From the NCBI GenBank assembly GCA_032128395.1, contig JAQBGV010000071.1, positions 7,303 through 71,302 of the forward strand: a stretch of DNA of 64,000 nt, read 5' to 3'. The notes under the pieces are model-generated. The model was not told the DNA's origin. It saw only the letters and a list, made by a program, of their open reading frames with translations, and ran no database searches. The translations under genes were made by a program, and so were the position numbers. The stretch comes from Planctomycetota bacterium (GTDB lineage Bacteria; Planctomycetota; UBA8108; UBA1146). Shown here piece by piece: positions 46,169 through 55,698 of the stretch; within the stretch, counting starts at the first letter, position 1, and each line of letters opens with the position of its first letter.

Positions 46169-47848
46169 CTACTGGGAGGTCACCGGAACGACCTCGACCC
46201 GATCCCAGGGGATGTGAGATCCCCCCGCGCTGTCATCGTCCATCGCGGTCGGGGCAAATTTCTCGAGGTACGGCTTCACCAGTATTCCCTCGTTGGTCGA
46301 GGTGAGGAAGAGCCACGGCCAGTCCGCCATGATGATCTCCTCCGCTTCACGCAGGATGCCGAGCCGCTGCTCGGCGTCGGTCTCCAGATAGCTGCGATCG
46401 ATGAGGTCGTCGACTTCCTTGCGCTCGTAGAAGGTCACGTTTCCGTTCGGACCGTGGTTGTCGGAGTGGAACAGGAAGTAGAGGAAGTTCTCGGGGTCCG
46501 GATAGTCCGCGACCCACCCCATGCGGAAGAACCCCGGCTCACCTGCATCGCAGGCCTCGATGAACGCGGCCCAGTCGAGCTGCTTCAGGGAGACCTGGAT
46601 CCCCACCTCGGAGATGCTCTGCTGCACCACCTGGGCGATCTTCGCATTGTCCCCCTGCGAGTTGAACCAGAGCTCGACCTCGGGCAAGCCTTCGCCGTTC
46701 GGATGTCCGGCCTCCACCAGGAGTGCGCGGGCCTTCTCGAGGTCGCGGACGAACGCGGGGCGCTCCGCGATGTGACCGGGCACTCCGGGAGGGATGATCC
46801 CGTTCGACGGTGCGTACCGACCATCCATGATCTTCTCGCAGATGAACACTCGGTCCACCGCCCAGTTCATCGCCTCCCTGAGCTTCCTCGCCTTGTCGCT
46901 GTAACCGGCGAACGGGCTCCCCTCCTTCTTCAAGTTGAATCCGTAGTAGAGGAGAGATGCCTGTGGGTACACGAGGACGTCCTCGGCGTGCGGAGAGTTG
47001 CGCCAGCGGGGAAGCATGCCCTGGGTCAGGTCGAGCAGATCGAGGTTCCCGGCCTTGTACTCCTCGCCGCGGGTGAGCGGCTCGGGGATCACCCGGAAAT
47101 GGATCGCGGGAATCTTGGCCGCACCCTTGAAGTAGTCGTCATTCCGCACCAGCTCGAGGCGATCGTTCTCGCGCCACTCGACGAGTCGGAACGGACCGGT
47201 CCCGACCGGCTCGCGCGAGAATGCGGTGCCCTTCGCCTCGACCTCCTCGTGCGGCACCACTGCGGCGTTCATCATCGCCATCAGGAACAGGAACGGGTAG
47301 TAGGGCTTCTCGAGGCGGATCTCGAGGGTGAGATCGCCGATCGCTCGGATCCCCTCGATCGTGGTGTCCCCCCCGGTGTGACCACGCTCGATCGCCGCTT
47401 CCGCGCCGAGGATCGGCTTGACGACGTTCGGGCGCTTCGACGAAGTCGAGGCGAGTCGCTCGAGGGAGTACTTGAAATCGGCGGCGGTCACGACCCGGCC
47501 ATTGTGAAACCGGACCCCGGATCGAATGTGGAAGGTGTAGACGAGCCCGTCGGGGGAGACGGTCGGCATCGCCTCCGCGAGGTCCGGCACCAGATTCAGG
47601 TCTCCGTCGTAGCCGAGGAGAGTGTTGAAGATCTTCGAGGCGATTCCATCGGAAGTGGTGTCCGACACCAAGATCGGGTCGAGGTCGGGAGGGTTCGTCA
47701 GGAGTGCGATCCGAATCGATCCGTCGGCGGCGGGGGTGTTCTTCGAGTGGATCGTTCCGCCGGTACATCCGGAGAACGAGAGGCAGCCGGCGGCGAGGAG
47801 TGCCGCGGCGAGAATCGCGGAGGTTCGCAACTTCACGGGGGTTCCCAC
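46169..47848 (-). CDS. family-5 solute-binding lipoprotein, module 3
   Basis: Signal/lipobox AALLAAGC and SBP_bac_5 core (IALLTNPPDLDP, FHNGRVVTAADF, WVADYPDPENF). The GTG start is uncertain by a few codons. Confidence 0.82.
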   Translation of the reverse strand: MGTPVKLRTSAILAAALLAAGCLSFSGCTGGTIHSKNTPAADGSIRIALLTNPPDLDPILVSDTTSDGIASKIFNTLLGYDGDLNLVPDLAEAMPTVSPDGLVYTFHIRSGVRFHNGRVVTAADFKYSLERLASTSSKRPNVVKPILGAEAAIERGHTGGDTTIEGIRAIGDLTLEIRLEKPYYPFLFLMAMMNAAVVPHEEVEAKGTAFSREPVGTGPFRLVEWRENDRLELVRNDDYFKGAAKIPAIHFRVIPEPLTRGEEYKAGNLDLLDLTQGMLPRWRNSPHAEDVLVYPQASLLYYGFNLKKEGSPFAGYSDKARKLREAMNWAVDRVFICEKIMDGRYAPSNGIIPPGVPGHIAERPAFVRDLEKARALLVEAGHPNGEGLPEVELWFNSQGDNAKIAQVVQQSISEVGIQVSLKQLDWAAFIEACDAGEPGFFRMGWVADYPDPENFLYFLFHSDNHGPNGNVTFYERKEVDDLIDRSYLETDAEQRLGILREAEEIIMADWPWLFLTSTNEGILVKPYLEKFAPTAMDDDSAGGSHIPWDRVEVVPVTSQ

Positions 47849-48217
47849 CCTTCAGAGGTCGAGGATCGTGGGTCTCCGTCCGGGGACTCCGGAGCGGAGC
47901 GTCACCATACCCCACCCCTGCGATCGTCCCAAGTCCGTTTCCGGACGACCGGTTAGCGGCTTGCGGGCCATCCACGGTTTCGATAAGGTGCCGGGACTGG
48001 TGGAACCAGGGTCTCCGCTGTGGGGGTTGCGACGCCGGTGCGGAGTGCCGCTGCTCTGAGTGCTGCTGCTCTGAGTGTTGGCGCAGAGTTACGGGCGCGG
48101 CGGGAGCGGCTGTTGCAGTGCGGCGACGGCCGGTCTTTGCTCGTTTCTCGCGACCCCTTTTCCTCTCGAGCGGCCATCCCCCACCCGCCCGACTCGAGGT
48201 CCCCGCAAGGAGTACCG

Positions 48218-50089
48218 ATGACCACACGTCTCTCGATCTTGTGCACCTTTGCTCCAGCGATTGCTCTAGCGATGTTCTGCGGAAGTGGATCCCCCGTCGC
48301 AGTGGCGCAGGAGATCGGCGAACCGGGGATCGATCTCGGTATTCCACTAGGAACCCCGAATCCGCCCTTCCTCGGCGAGATCCCAAGAGACGCTCTCGTT
48401 CAGGAACGCACCGGCACGTACGGCGGAACGCTCGTCTACTCCATCCTCGGGGAGGTCGAGACCTTCAATCCCGTCGAACCGAAAGGCGCGACCAGCCAGG
48501 AACTGCGCTCCCTCGCCTTCTCCGGCCTCGTTGGCTACAACAATGGCGCGTGGAAGCCAGAGCCCCTGCTCGCGAAGTCGTGGGAGGTCTCCGAGGATCA
48601 CCTGACCTGGACGTTCTATCTGCGCGAGGGGATCCGCTGGAGCGACGGCGAGCCGGTCACGATCGATGACGTCGAGTTCAGTTTCCAGGCGATCTTCCAC
48701 CCGGGCATCCCTTCCTCGATCCGCGATGGTTTCCAGGATGAGCAAGGACGCTACCCGACGCTGGCGATCGACCGGGAGAACCACTCGATCGCCTTCACGA
48801 CGCACGACATCGATTCGCAGTTCATCATCCACGTCGGAAACGTCAGCATCATTCCGAAGCACCGGTGGAAGGACCACGTCCAGGAGGAGAACCCTACCCT
48901 TCTCCAGCAGATGACGAGCGCCGCGGATCCCAAGGACCTCATCGGCTGCGGGCCCTTCGTGCTGACGAAGTACGTGCCGGCCGTGAAGGTCGAATACGAG
49001 CGCAACCCGTACTACTGGGAGGTCGACGCCCGGGGGAATCGACTCCCCTACTTCGATCGGGTCGTGGTGGTCCTGATGAAGGACCAAAATCTGCAAGTGC
49101 AGAAATTCCTGGCCGGCGAACATCACCTGCTCGACAACCTCCCGGCCGATCGTTTCCAGGAAGTGAACGGCGCGGCCGAACAACCTGGATCCGAGTTCCA
49201 ACTGATCCGGCTCGGTGTCAGCCTCAACACCAACTGGATCGCGTTCAACCTGCACCCGGGAAGGGACCCCGACACCGAGAAATCCTACGTCTCGGCGGAG
49301 AAGCAGCACTGGTTCCACAACCTCGAATTTCGGAAAGCGGTGAACCATGCCCTCAACCGCCAGGGGATGGTGAAGTCGGCTCTCGATGGGCGGGGTAGAC
49401 CGATCTGGTCGAGCATCACCCCCGGGAACAAGAATTTCTACTGCAAGGATGTGGCGCGATATCCGTACGACGTCGCGAAGTCGAACGGACTCCTCGATGG
49501 CCTCGGGTGGAAGGACACCGACGGAGACGGAATCCGCGAGGATGACCAGGGGCGGAAGATCAGTTTCGGCCTGAACACGAACGTCGAGAACAACACTCGC
49601 CTCCAGATGTGCAACCTGATCAAGGACGACCTGAGGCAGATCGGTATCGAGGTGAACTTCAAGGCCCTCGACTTCAACGGATTGGTCACGCGGATGCGCG
49701 ACAGCCACGAGTGGGACATGATCCTGCTCGGCTGGGGCTCTGGGGTTCCCGCCGACCCGTCCAACTCCAAGAACATCAACCGCTCGAGCGGCCGCCTCCA
49801 TGTCTGGTACCCGCAGCAGCCCCAACCATCCCCGATCGAGTGGGAACGCAAGGTCGACGAGTACGTCGGGCTCCTCGACCGGGAACTCGACGAGTCGATC
49901 CGCAAGCAGCACAGCGCCAGCATTGAGATCGCGATCGCCGAGCAGATCCCGCTCATCTACATGGTTGCTTCGAACCAATACGCCCTCGCCAAGCACGAGA
50001 TCGGGAATCTCTGGCCCAGTTTGCTCCGGCCACAGGTGACCTGGAACATCCAGCAGCTCTATCTGAAGACGAACGCCGGTACCAGGTAG
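48218..50089 (+). CDS. family-5 solute-binding protein, module 4
   Basis: ATG 48218 after AAGGAG (48207-48212). Signal peptide MTTRLSILCTFAPAIALAMFCGSG. Core motifs GGTLVYSILGEVETFNP and IRWSDGEPVTIDDV. Confidence 0.82.
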   Translation: MTTRLSILCTFAPAIALAMFCGSGSPVAVAQEIGEPGIDLGIPLGTPNPPFLGEIPRDALVQERTGTYGGTLVYSILGEVETFNPVEPKGATSQELRSLAFSGLVGYNNGAWKPEPLLAKSWEVSEDHLTWTFYLREGIRWSDGEPVTIDDVEFSFQAIFHPGIPSSIRDGFQDEQGRYPTLAIDRENHSIAFTTHDIDSQFIIHVGNVSIIPKHRWKDHVQEENPTLLQQMTSAADPKDLIGCGPFVLTKYVPAVKVEYERNPYYWEVDARGNRLPYFDRVVVVLMKDQNLQVQKFLAGEHHLLDNLPADRFQEVNGAAEQPGSEFQLIRLGVSLNTNWIAFNLHPGRDPDTEKSYVSAEKQHWFHNLEFRKAVNHALNRQGMVKSALDGRGRPIWSSITPGNKNFYCKDVARYPYDVAKSNGLLDGLGWKDTDGDGIREDDQGRKISFGLNTNVENNTRLQMCNLIKDDLRQIGIEVNFKALDFNGLVTRMRDSHEWDMILLGWGSGVPADPSNSKNINRSSGRLHVWYPQQPQPSPIEWERKVDEYVGLLDRELDESIRKQHSASIEIAIAEQIPLIYMVASNQYALAKHEIGNLWPSLLRPQVTWNIQQLYLKTNAGTR

Positions 50090-50138
50090 CCCACGCCGCG
50101 AGTCGCCGAGGCACCGAGTATCGCGAAGGGTCACCGGG

Positions 50139-51302
50139 TTGCTGATCTTCACCATCCGTCGTCTGCTCTCGATCCCGCCACTCCTCTTGGGGGTGGCGCT
50201 GCTGACGTTCATCCTATTGAAGCTCGCTCCTGGCGACTTCTTCGTGCAGATGGAGATGAATCCGGCGATCTCGAACAACTCGGTGATGGGGGCGAAGCTC
50301 GAGGCCGGATTGGTCAAGAAGCTCTCCGCAGACGCGCTCCACGATTTCGGCGAATTCAGGGCGAAGGGTTCGACCTGGGAATTTCGAGCAGACGGGATCT
50401 ACCGCGACGGGGCCCTGGCCGAGACTCGGAACGCGTCGCAGAACCTGGGAAAGTTCAGCCTGGGATTCTCGAAGTACGAGTGTGACGACGACGGCAACGT
50501 CTACGTGAAGGTCGGGATCCTCGAAGGGTTCGCGCGCTGGATCGGGAACGTGGTCCAGGGTGACTTCGGACGCTCCTTCAAATATGCTCGTCCCGTCTTC
50601 CCGATGATCCGGGAGAAGCTCTGGAACACGCTGAGCCTCAGCCTCGCTGCGCTCTTCCTGGCTTGGGGGGTAGCCATCCCACTCGGGGTGCTCGCGGCGG
50701 TGAAACCGAATTCGCTCTGGGACCACTCGAGCGGCTTCATCGCATTCTTCGGTCTCTCGATCCCCTCGGTATTCTTCGCACTCCTCATGGTGCTGTTCGC
50801 GAGCTACACCGGGTGGTTCCCGGTCGGTGACATGGTCGACACCGTCGACTACGACAAAATGTCACTCATCGACAAGGTCTGGGACCGGATCCATCACCTG
50901 ATCCTACCGACGATCGTGATCGGTACCGGAGCGATGGCGGGATACATGCGCCAAGCTCGGGGCAACATGATCGAGGCACTCGGTCAGGACTATGTCCGGA
51001 CCGCGCGCGCCAAGGGACTCCCCCAGAAGTCCGTACTGTTCAAGCACGCGCTCCGGAACGCGATCAACCCGCTCGTCACCCTCTTCGGGTACTCCCTCGC
51101 GGCCCTCCTCTCGGGGTCGTTCCTGGTCGAGGTCGTGATGAACTGGCCGGGGATGGCCCGGCTGGTGGTGGATGCCATATTCTCCAAGGACGAACCGATG
51201 GTGATGGCTTCCGTCATGGTGAGCTCCTTGCTCCTCGTCTTCGGGAATCTCACCGCGGATCTCCTGCTCGCGGTGGTCGATCCGAGGGTGAGACTCTCAT
51301 GA
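50139..51302 (+). CDS. peptide ABC permease (DppB-like) with insertion of about 80 aa after TM1, module 4
   Basis: TTG start. MLIFTIRRLLSIPPLLLGVALLTFILLKLAPGDFF and DYVRTARAKGLPQKSVLFKHALRN. Extra segment between PGDFF and GDFGRSF. Confidence 0.85.
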   Translation: MLIFTIRRLLSIPPLLLGVALLTFILLKLAPGDFFVQMEMNPAISNNSVMGAKLEAGLVKKLSADALHDFGEFRAKGSTWEFRADGIYRDGALAETRNASQNLGKFSLGFSKYECDDDGNVYVKVGILEGFARWIGNVVQGDFGRSFKYARPVFPMIREKLWNTLSLSLAALFLAWGVAIPLGVLAAVKPNSLWDHSSGFIAFFGLSIPSVFFALLMVLFASYTGWFPVGDMVDTVDYDKMSLIDKVWDRIHHLILPTIVIGTGAMAGYMRQARGNMIEALGQDYVRTARAKGLPQKSVLFKHALRNAINPLVTLFGYSLAALLSGSFLVEVVMNWPGMARLVVDAIFSKDEPMVMASVMVSSLLLVFGNLTADLLLAVVDPRVRLS

Positions 51303-52648
51303 GCGAGACACCCCAGGTCCACGCAGTGGAGACCGAGGGCCCCGGCCTCCCCCCACCTCGCGGGCCGTGGAAGATGATCTGGATCCGACTGCGCAAGAAC
51401 CGGGTCGCGCTCATCGGCGGCGGCATATTGGTCTTCATGTACTTCCTCGCGTGCTTTGCCGGGTTCCTTTCGCCGTACGACTTCAATGAAGTCAACACAG
51501 ACACCACCAGGTACGGCCCGATGCTGTTCGGGGGGAGTCACGTCACCGAGGTCGGTCGCCACACCGTCGAGATCGAGAACGAAGAGCGAGACTACGTCGA
51601 AGTCGATGTCGCCCAGTACGAGACGAAGTGGCGCTGGTTCGACGGGGGCCTCACGTTCCGGAACGCGGACGGCAATTTCACCCTGCGACCACACGTCCAC
51701 GCCCTGCGCGAGGTCGTCTCCTACGACTCCTACGGCGAGACGACGTTTCTTCTCGCAACGGACCCGGAGGTGCGCCTCCCTCTCCGCTTCTTCGTCTCGC
51801 GTGGCGAGGACCAGGACTCGCACGAAGTCTTCTCGCTCTGTGGATTCTTCCGAATCTTCGCCCGAACCAAGTTGTTCGGCATCGAGCGCCCCGAAGAGTG
51901 GAACACCGACGGGGGCGGCAAGGAGGGTCGTCGACACGCGGCCGTCTATCTCCTCGGGTCCGACCACAGCGGTCGAGATCTGCTGACGCGAATCCTCTTC
52001 GGCGGACAGGTCTCCCTCTCGGTTGGGCTGCTCGGGATCTTGATCAGCATGACGATCGGGCTCGTCTTCGGTGGCGTCTCGGGCTACTACGGAGGCGTGG
52101 TCGATTTCTTCATGATGCGTTTTACCGAGCTGTTGATGGCGATACCCGGGCTCTACCTCATCCTGACCCTTCGCTACGTGATCTCCGACGAGTTGGACAG
52201 CCGCGAGACCTACATCATGATCGTCGTGATCCTCGCGCTCGCCGGGTGGGCCGGTACCGCCCGCGTCATCCGCGGCATGGTGCTCTCCTTGAAGGAGAAC
52301 GAGTACGCGCTCGCCGCGCGTGCCCTCGGCGCCACGGGCCCGCGGGTGATCCTGCGGCACATCCTGCCCAATACCGCGAGCTTCGTGATCGTCACTGCGA
52401 CGTTGTACGTGCCGTACTACATCCTGGGTGAGGTCGCGCTGAGCTTTCTCGGCCTCGGGATCACGGAACCTGCGACCTCTTGGGGACTCCTCCTGCGCGA
52501 CGCGCAGAGTTCGCAGGTCTTGAAGTACAACCCTTGGCTGGTGACCCCCGGGTTGTTCATCTTCGTCGCCGTGCTCGCCTACAACTTTCTCGGGGATGGG
52601 TTGCGCGACGCGGCGGATCCGCGGGCGGTCCTCGGCAAGAAGAAGTAG
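51299..52648 (+). CDS. peptide ABC permease (DppC-like) with extracytoplasmic insertion of about 170-190 aa, module 4
   Basis: 4-nt overlap with the upstream permease. TM1 (ALIGGGILVFMYFLACFAGF), then a long soluble stretch before LLGSDHSGRDLLTRILFG. EAA loop EYALAARALGATGPRVILRHILPN. 449 aa. Confidence 0.82.
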   Translation: MSETPQVHAVETEGPGLPPPRGPWKMIWIRLRKNRVALIGGGILVFMYFLACFAGFLSPYDFNEVNTDTTRYGPMLFGGSHVTEVGRHTVEIENEERDYVEVDVAQYETKWRWFDGGLTFRNADGNFTLRPHVHALREVVSYDSYGETTFLLATDPEVRLPLRFFVSRGEDQDSHEVFSLCGFFRIFARTKLFGIERPEEWNTDGGGKEGRRHAAVYLLGSDHSGRDLLTRILFGGQVSLSVGLLGILISMTIGLVFGGVSGYYGGVVDFFMMRFTELLMAIPGLYLILTLRYVISDELDSRETYIMIVVILALAGWAGTARVIRGMVLSLKENEYALAARALGATGPRVILRHILPNTASFVIVTATLYVPYYILGEVALSFLGLGITEPATSWGLLLRDAQSSQVLKYNPWLVTPGLFIFVAVLAYNFLGDGLRDAADPRAVLGKKK

Positions 52649-52652
52649 CGCC

Positions 52653-54629
52653 CTACCGCGCGCGCGCGATCGCTTCCAACGCCTCGGGGTTCGCGATGCT
52701 CGTCAGGTCGCCTAGGTCCTCTGCGCCGAGGTAACTCTTCTGGATCAGGCGGCGGACGATCTTCGCGCTGCGGGTCTTCGGAAGGTCGTCCACGAAGAGC
52801 ACCGCCTTCGGGCGGTCGACCTTGCCCAGAGCACGGACCACCTGCTTCACGAGTTCTTCGCGGAGGGATTCGCTCTCCTTGCTGCCCGGGTGCAGGACGA
52901 CGAAGCAAACCACCTCGGTCCCCTTCAACGTGTCCGGGACGCCGATCGCGGCAGCCTCGCTCACCGCAGCGTGCTCGATCAACGCCGATTCGATCTCGCC
53001 GGGGCCGACGCGCCGTCCTGCGATCTTGAGGGTGTCGTCCGCGCGCCCGAAGAGGTACCAGTGCCCTTCCTTGTCGACGAGCGCCCAGTCGCCGTGGTTC
53101 CAGACGCCGGGGTAGCGCGACCAATAGGTCTCGAGGTACTTCTCGTCGTTCTTGAAAAGGCTGCGGGTCATCGACGGAGCGGGGTGCTTGCACACCAGTG
53201 ATCCGACCTCGCCGACGACCGAGTGCCCCCCCTCATCGAAGACGTCGACATCCATCCCGAGGCCCGGGCTCTGCAGCGAGGTCTCCCTTATCGGGAGTAC
53301 GGGGAGTGGAGCGAGGAAGCACCCGACGATGTCGGTGCCCCCGGAGATGTTGATCACCGGGCAGCGGCCCCGCCCCACCCGCTCGGAGAACCACCGGTAG
53401 CTCTCCGGGTCCCAAGGCTCGCCCGTCGAGCCGAGGATCCGGAGCGTCTCCATCGGATGGCGCTCGACCCATTCGTCGCCGGAGCGCATCAAGAGCCGGA
53501 TGGCAGTCGGACTGATCCCGAGGTGCGTCGCGCCGTGCGCCTCGACCATGCTCCACACGCGATCGGGAGCGGGGTGGTCCGGTGCGCCTTCGAAGACGAC
53601 GATCCCCACCCGATTCAGGAAACACCCGATGATCTCCCAAGGGCCCATCATCCAACCGATGTCGCTGAACCACCAAAAGGTGTCGTGCGCGCGCACATCG
53701 AAGTTGTACTTGAGCTCTTTGCCCATCTGGGCCAGGCAACCCGCGTGGGTGTGCACCGTCCCCTTCGGCTTCCCGGTGGTGCCCGAGGTATAGATCATCA
53801 GCGCGGGGTCCATCGCCCGCCGCGTCTCGATCCCGGGATCCGGTTCGCTCCCCAGGACGATTTCGTGCCACCAGTGATCGCGACCCTCGGTCCACGGGAC
53901 TTCGATTCCCAGGCCGACTCGCTCGATTACGATCGAGTGGCGCAGCTTGTCGAGACCAGCCATCGCTTCGTCGGCGGGGGCCTTGAGAGGGAACGGCTTC
54001 CCACGTCGCATCGAACCATCCGCGGTGAAGAGGAGCGACACCTCGGCGTCCGCGAGCCGTTCGCGGACAGCGGGGGGTGCGTAACCGGAGAAAATCGGGA
54101 TGAAGATCGCACCGATCTGCATCGTGCCGAGCATCGCAAAGACCACTTCGGCCACCATCGGCAAATAACAGGCGACCTTGTCGCCCGGTCCGATGCCGAG
54201 CCGGCGAAGTGCCGCTGCGACCCGGAAGACTTGATCCGCGACCTCCTCGAACGTGAAGCTCCGCACCGCGCCGTCTTCGCTTTCGGCAGTCAGGGCGCGG
54301 CGCGATCCCACCTCCGCCGCCGGTCGAGAGACGCAGTTCAGAGCGATGTTGGTCTCTCCGCCGACGAACCAGTCTGCCCACGGATTCCCTCGGGAGAGGT
54401 CGACGACGCGTTCGTAGGGGCGCGTCCATTCGATCCCGAGGTCGCGAACGCACGCATCCCAGAACCACTCGGGGTTCCGCATGGTCGCTCCGATGAACGC
54501 GCGAACGCAGCGTTCGGTCTCGACGACATCATCGGGGTCCACCGCGTGACCGAGGGAACGCATCAGAGCGGTGACGTTCGCGCCATCGATCCACTCCGCA
54601 GTCGGAATCCAGGCCTCTCGCGGTTTCAT
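52653..54629 (-). CDS. AMP-forming acyl/acetyl-CoA synthetase family protein
   Basis: 658 aa. IYTSGTTGKPKGTVHTH (AMP motif), Acs-like N-terminus (FWDACVRDLGIEWTRPY, NIALNCVSR), WALVDKEGHWYLFGRADD and PKTRSAKIVRR. Confidence 0.8.
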   Translation of the reverse strand: MKPREAWIPTAEWIDGANVTALMRSLGHAVDPDDVVETERCVRAFIGATMRNPEWFWDACVRDLGIEWTRPYERVVDLSRGNPWADWFVGGETNIALNCVSRPAAEVGSRRALTAESEDGAVRSFTFEEVADQVFRVAAALRRLGIGPGDKVACYLPMVAEVVFAMLGTMQIGAIFIPIFSGYAPPAVRERLADAEVSLLFTADGSMRRGKPFPLKAPADEAMAGLDKLRHSIVIERVGLGIEVPWTEGRDHWWHEIVLGSEPDPGIETRRAMDPALMIYTSGTTGKPKGTVHTHAGCLAQMGKELKYNFDVRAHDTFWWFSDIGWMMGPWEIIGCFLNRVGIVVFEGAPDHPAPDRVWSMVEAHGATHLGISPTAIRLLMRSGDEWVERHPMETLRILGSTGEPWDPESYRWFSERVGRGRCPVINISGGTDIVGCFLAPLPVLPIRETSLQSPGLGMDVDVFDEGGHSVVGEVGSLVCKHPAPSMTRSLFKNDEKYLETYWSRYPGVWNHGDWALVDKEGHWYLFGRADDTLKIAGRRVGPGEIESALIEHAAVSEAAAIGVPDTLKGTEVVCFVVLHPGSKESESLREELVKQVVRALGKVDRPKAVLFVDDLPKTRSAKIVRRLIQKSYLGAEDLGDLTSIANPEALEAIARAR

Positions 54630-55525
54630 TCGCCCGTCCCCGCAGAACCCGCGCCCTCAGGCGGCCTTGCGCGGGTCCGGGCATCGTACGCGGCGGTGAT
54701 GCGGACGGTGACCGGCCCCGGCACGGGCAACACCTTCCCTGCGATCTTTCGGATCGGCAGGATCCCTTTAAGAGTGCTGGTCAGGAACGCCTCATCGGCC
54801 TTCTGCAGATCTTCCGGAGGAAACGCGCCGCGCCGTTCGTTGATCTTCTCTTCGGTGAGGATTTCGAGGACGGTGCGCCGCGTCACCCCGAGGAGAATTC
54901 CGCGGTCCTCCGACGTGCACACCTCACCACCCCTTACCCAGAAGATGTTCGAAGTCGTCCCCTCTGCGACCGCCCCATCGACGGTGCACAGGATCCCCTC
55001 GTACGCCCCGGCGGCCATCACTTCGCGGTAGGCGAGGATGTTGTTCAGGAAATTCCCACTCTTGATCCGAGGATCGAGGGCGCTCGGTGGATTTCGCCGG
55101 ACCGTCGAAACGATCACGTCCACGCCCTCGGTCACGAGTGGGTGATTTCCCCGGGGGATCGGCCACCCGAAGACGAGGAGGCGAGGCGCGGGGCAACGTG
55201 AAGTGTCGAGACCGAGGGGCCCTTCCCCCCGGGTGATCATCAATCGGAGACCGACGTCGTGATCGGTGGGCCCGCGCGCCGACACGTCCTCGAGAATCGC
55301 ACGCCAGTCGACACGGGTCCACGGGGTGGAGAGGCCAATCGCCTCGGCGGAGGCTTCGAGACGCTCGAGGTGATCGTCGGATCGGAAGAGTTGACCGTCG
55401 TAGCTCCGGAGGGTCTCGTAGATCGAGTCACCGTAGAGGAACCCGTGGTCGAGCACTCCGACTCGCGCCTGGTCGGCGGAGATCACGTGGCCGTCGATCC
55501 AGACCCAGAGCGCGCCTAGCTGCAC
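54626..55525 (-). CDS. class IV (branched-chain amino acid / D-amino acid) aminotransferase
   Basis: GTG preceded by AGGAGG. HGFLYGDSIYETLR, HLERL, GNFLNNILA, EGTTSNIF and GVTR motifs. Stop overlaps the acs-like start (ATGA). Confidence 0.8.
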   Translation of the reverse strand: MQLGALWVWIDGHVISADQARVGVLDHGFLYGDSIYETLRSYDGQLFRSDDHLERLEASAEAIGLSTPWTRVDWRAILEDVSARGPTDHDVGLRLMITRGEGPLGLDTSRCPAPRLLVFGWPIPRGNHPLVTEGVDVIVSTVRRNPPSALDPRIKSGNFLNNILAYREVMAAGAYEGILCTVDGAVAEGTTSNIFWVRGGEVCTSEDRGILLGVTRRTVLEILTEEKINERRGAFPPEDLQKADEAFLTSTLKGILPIRKIAGKVLPVPGPVTVRITAAYDARTRARPPEGAGSAGTGE

Positions 55526-55698
55526 GATCTCTCCTCCTTTGCGGAACGGGGTACCGGAAGCGAGCGGAGTCTACCCCGGCGCTGGGTAGTCTGTCCCCGG
55601 CCTCCTCCCGGCAATTCCCGGACCTGGCCCGGTGGTCTGATCGGGCGGTATTCTGTAGTTCGGGGGAGCCACGCTTCATTCTTCGAGAGGACTCAGCG

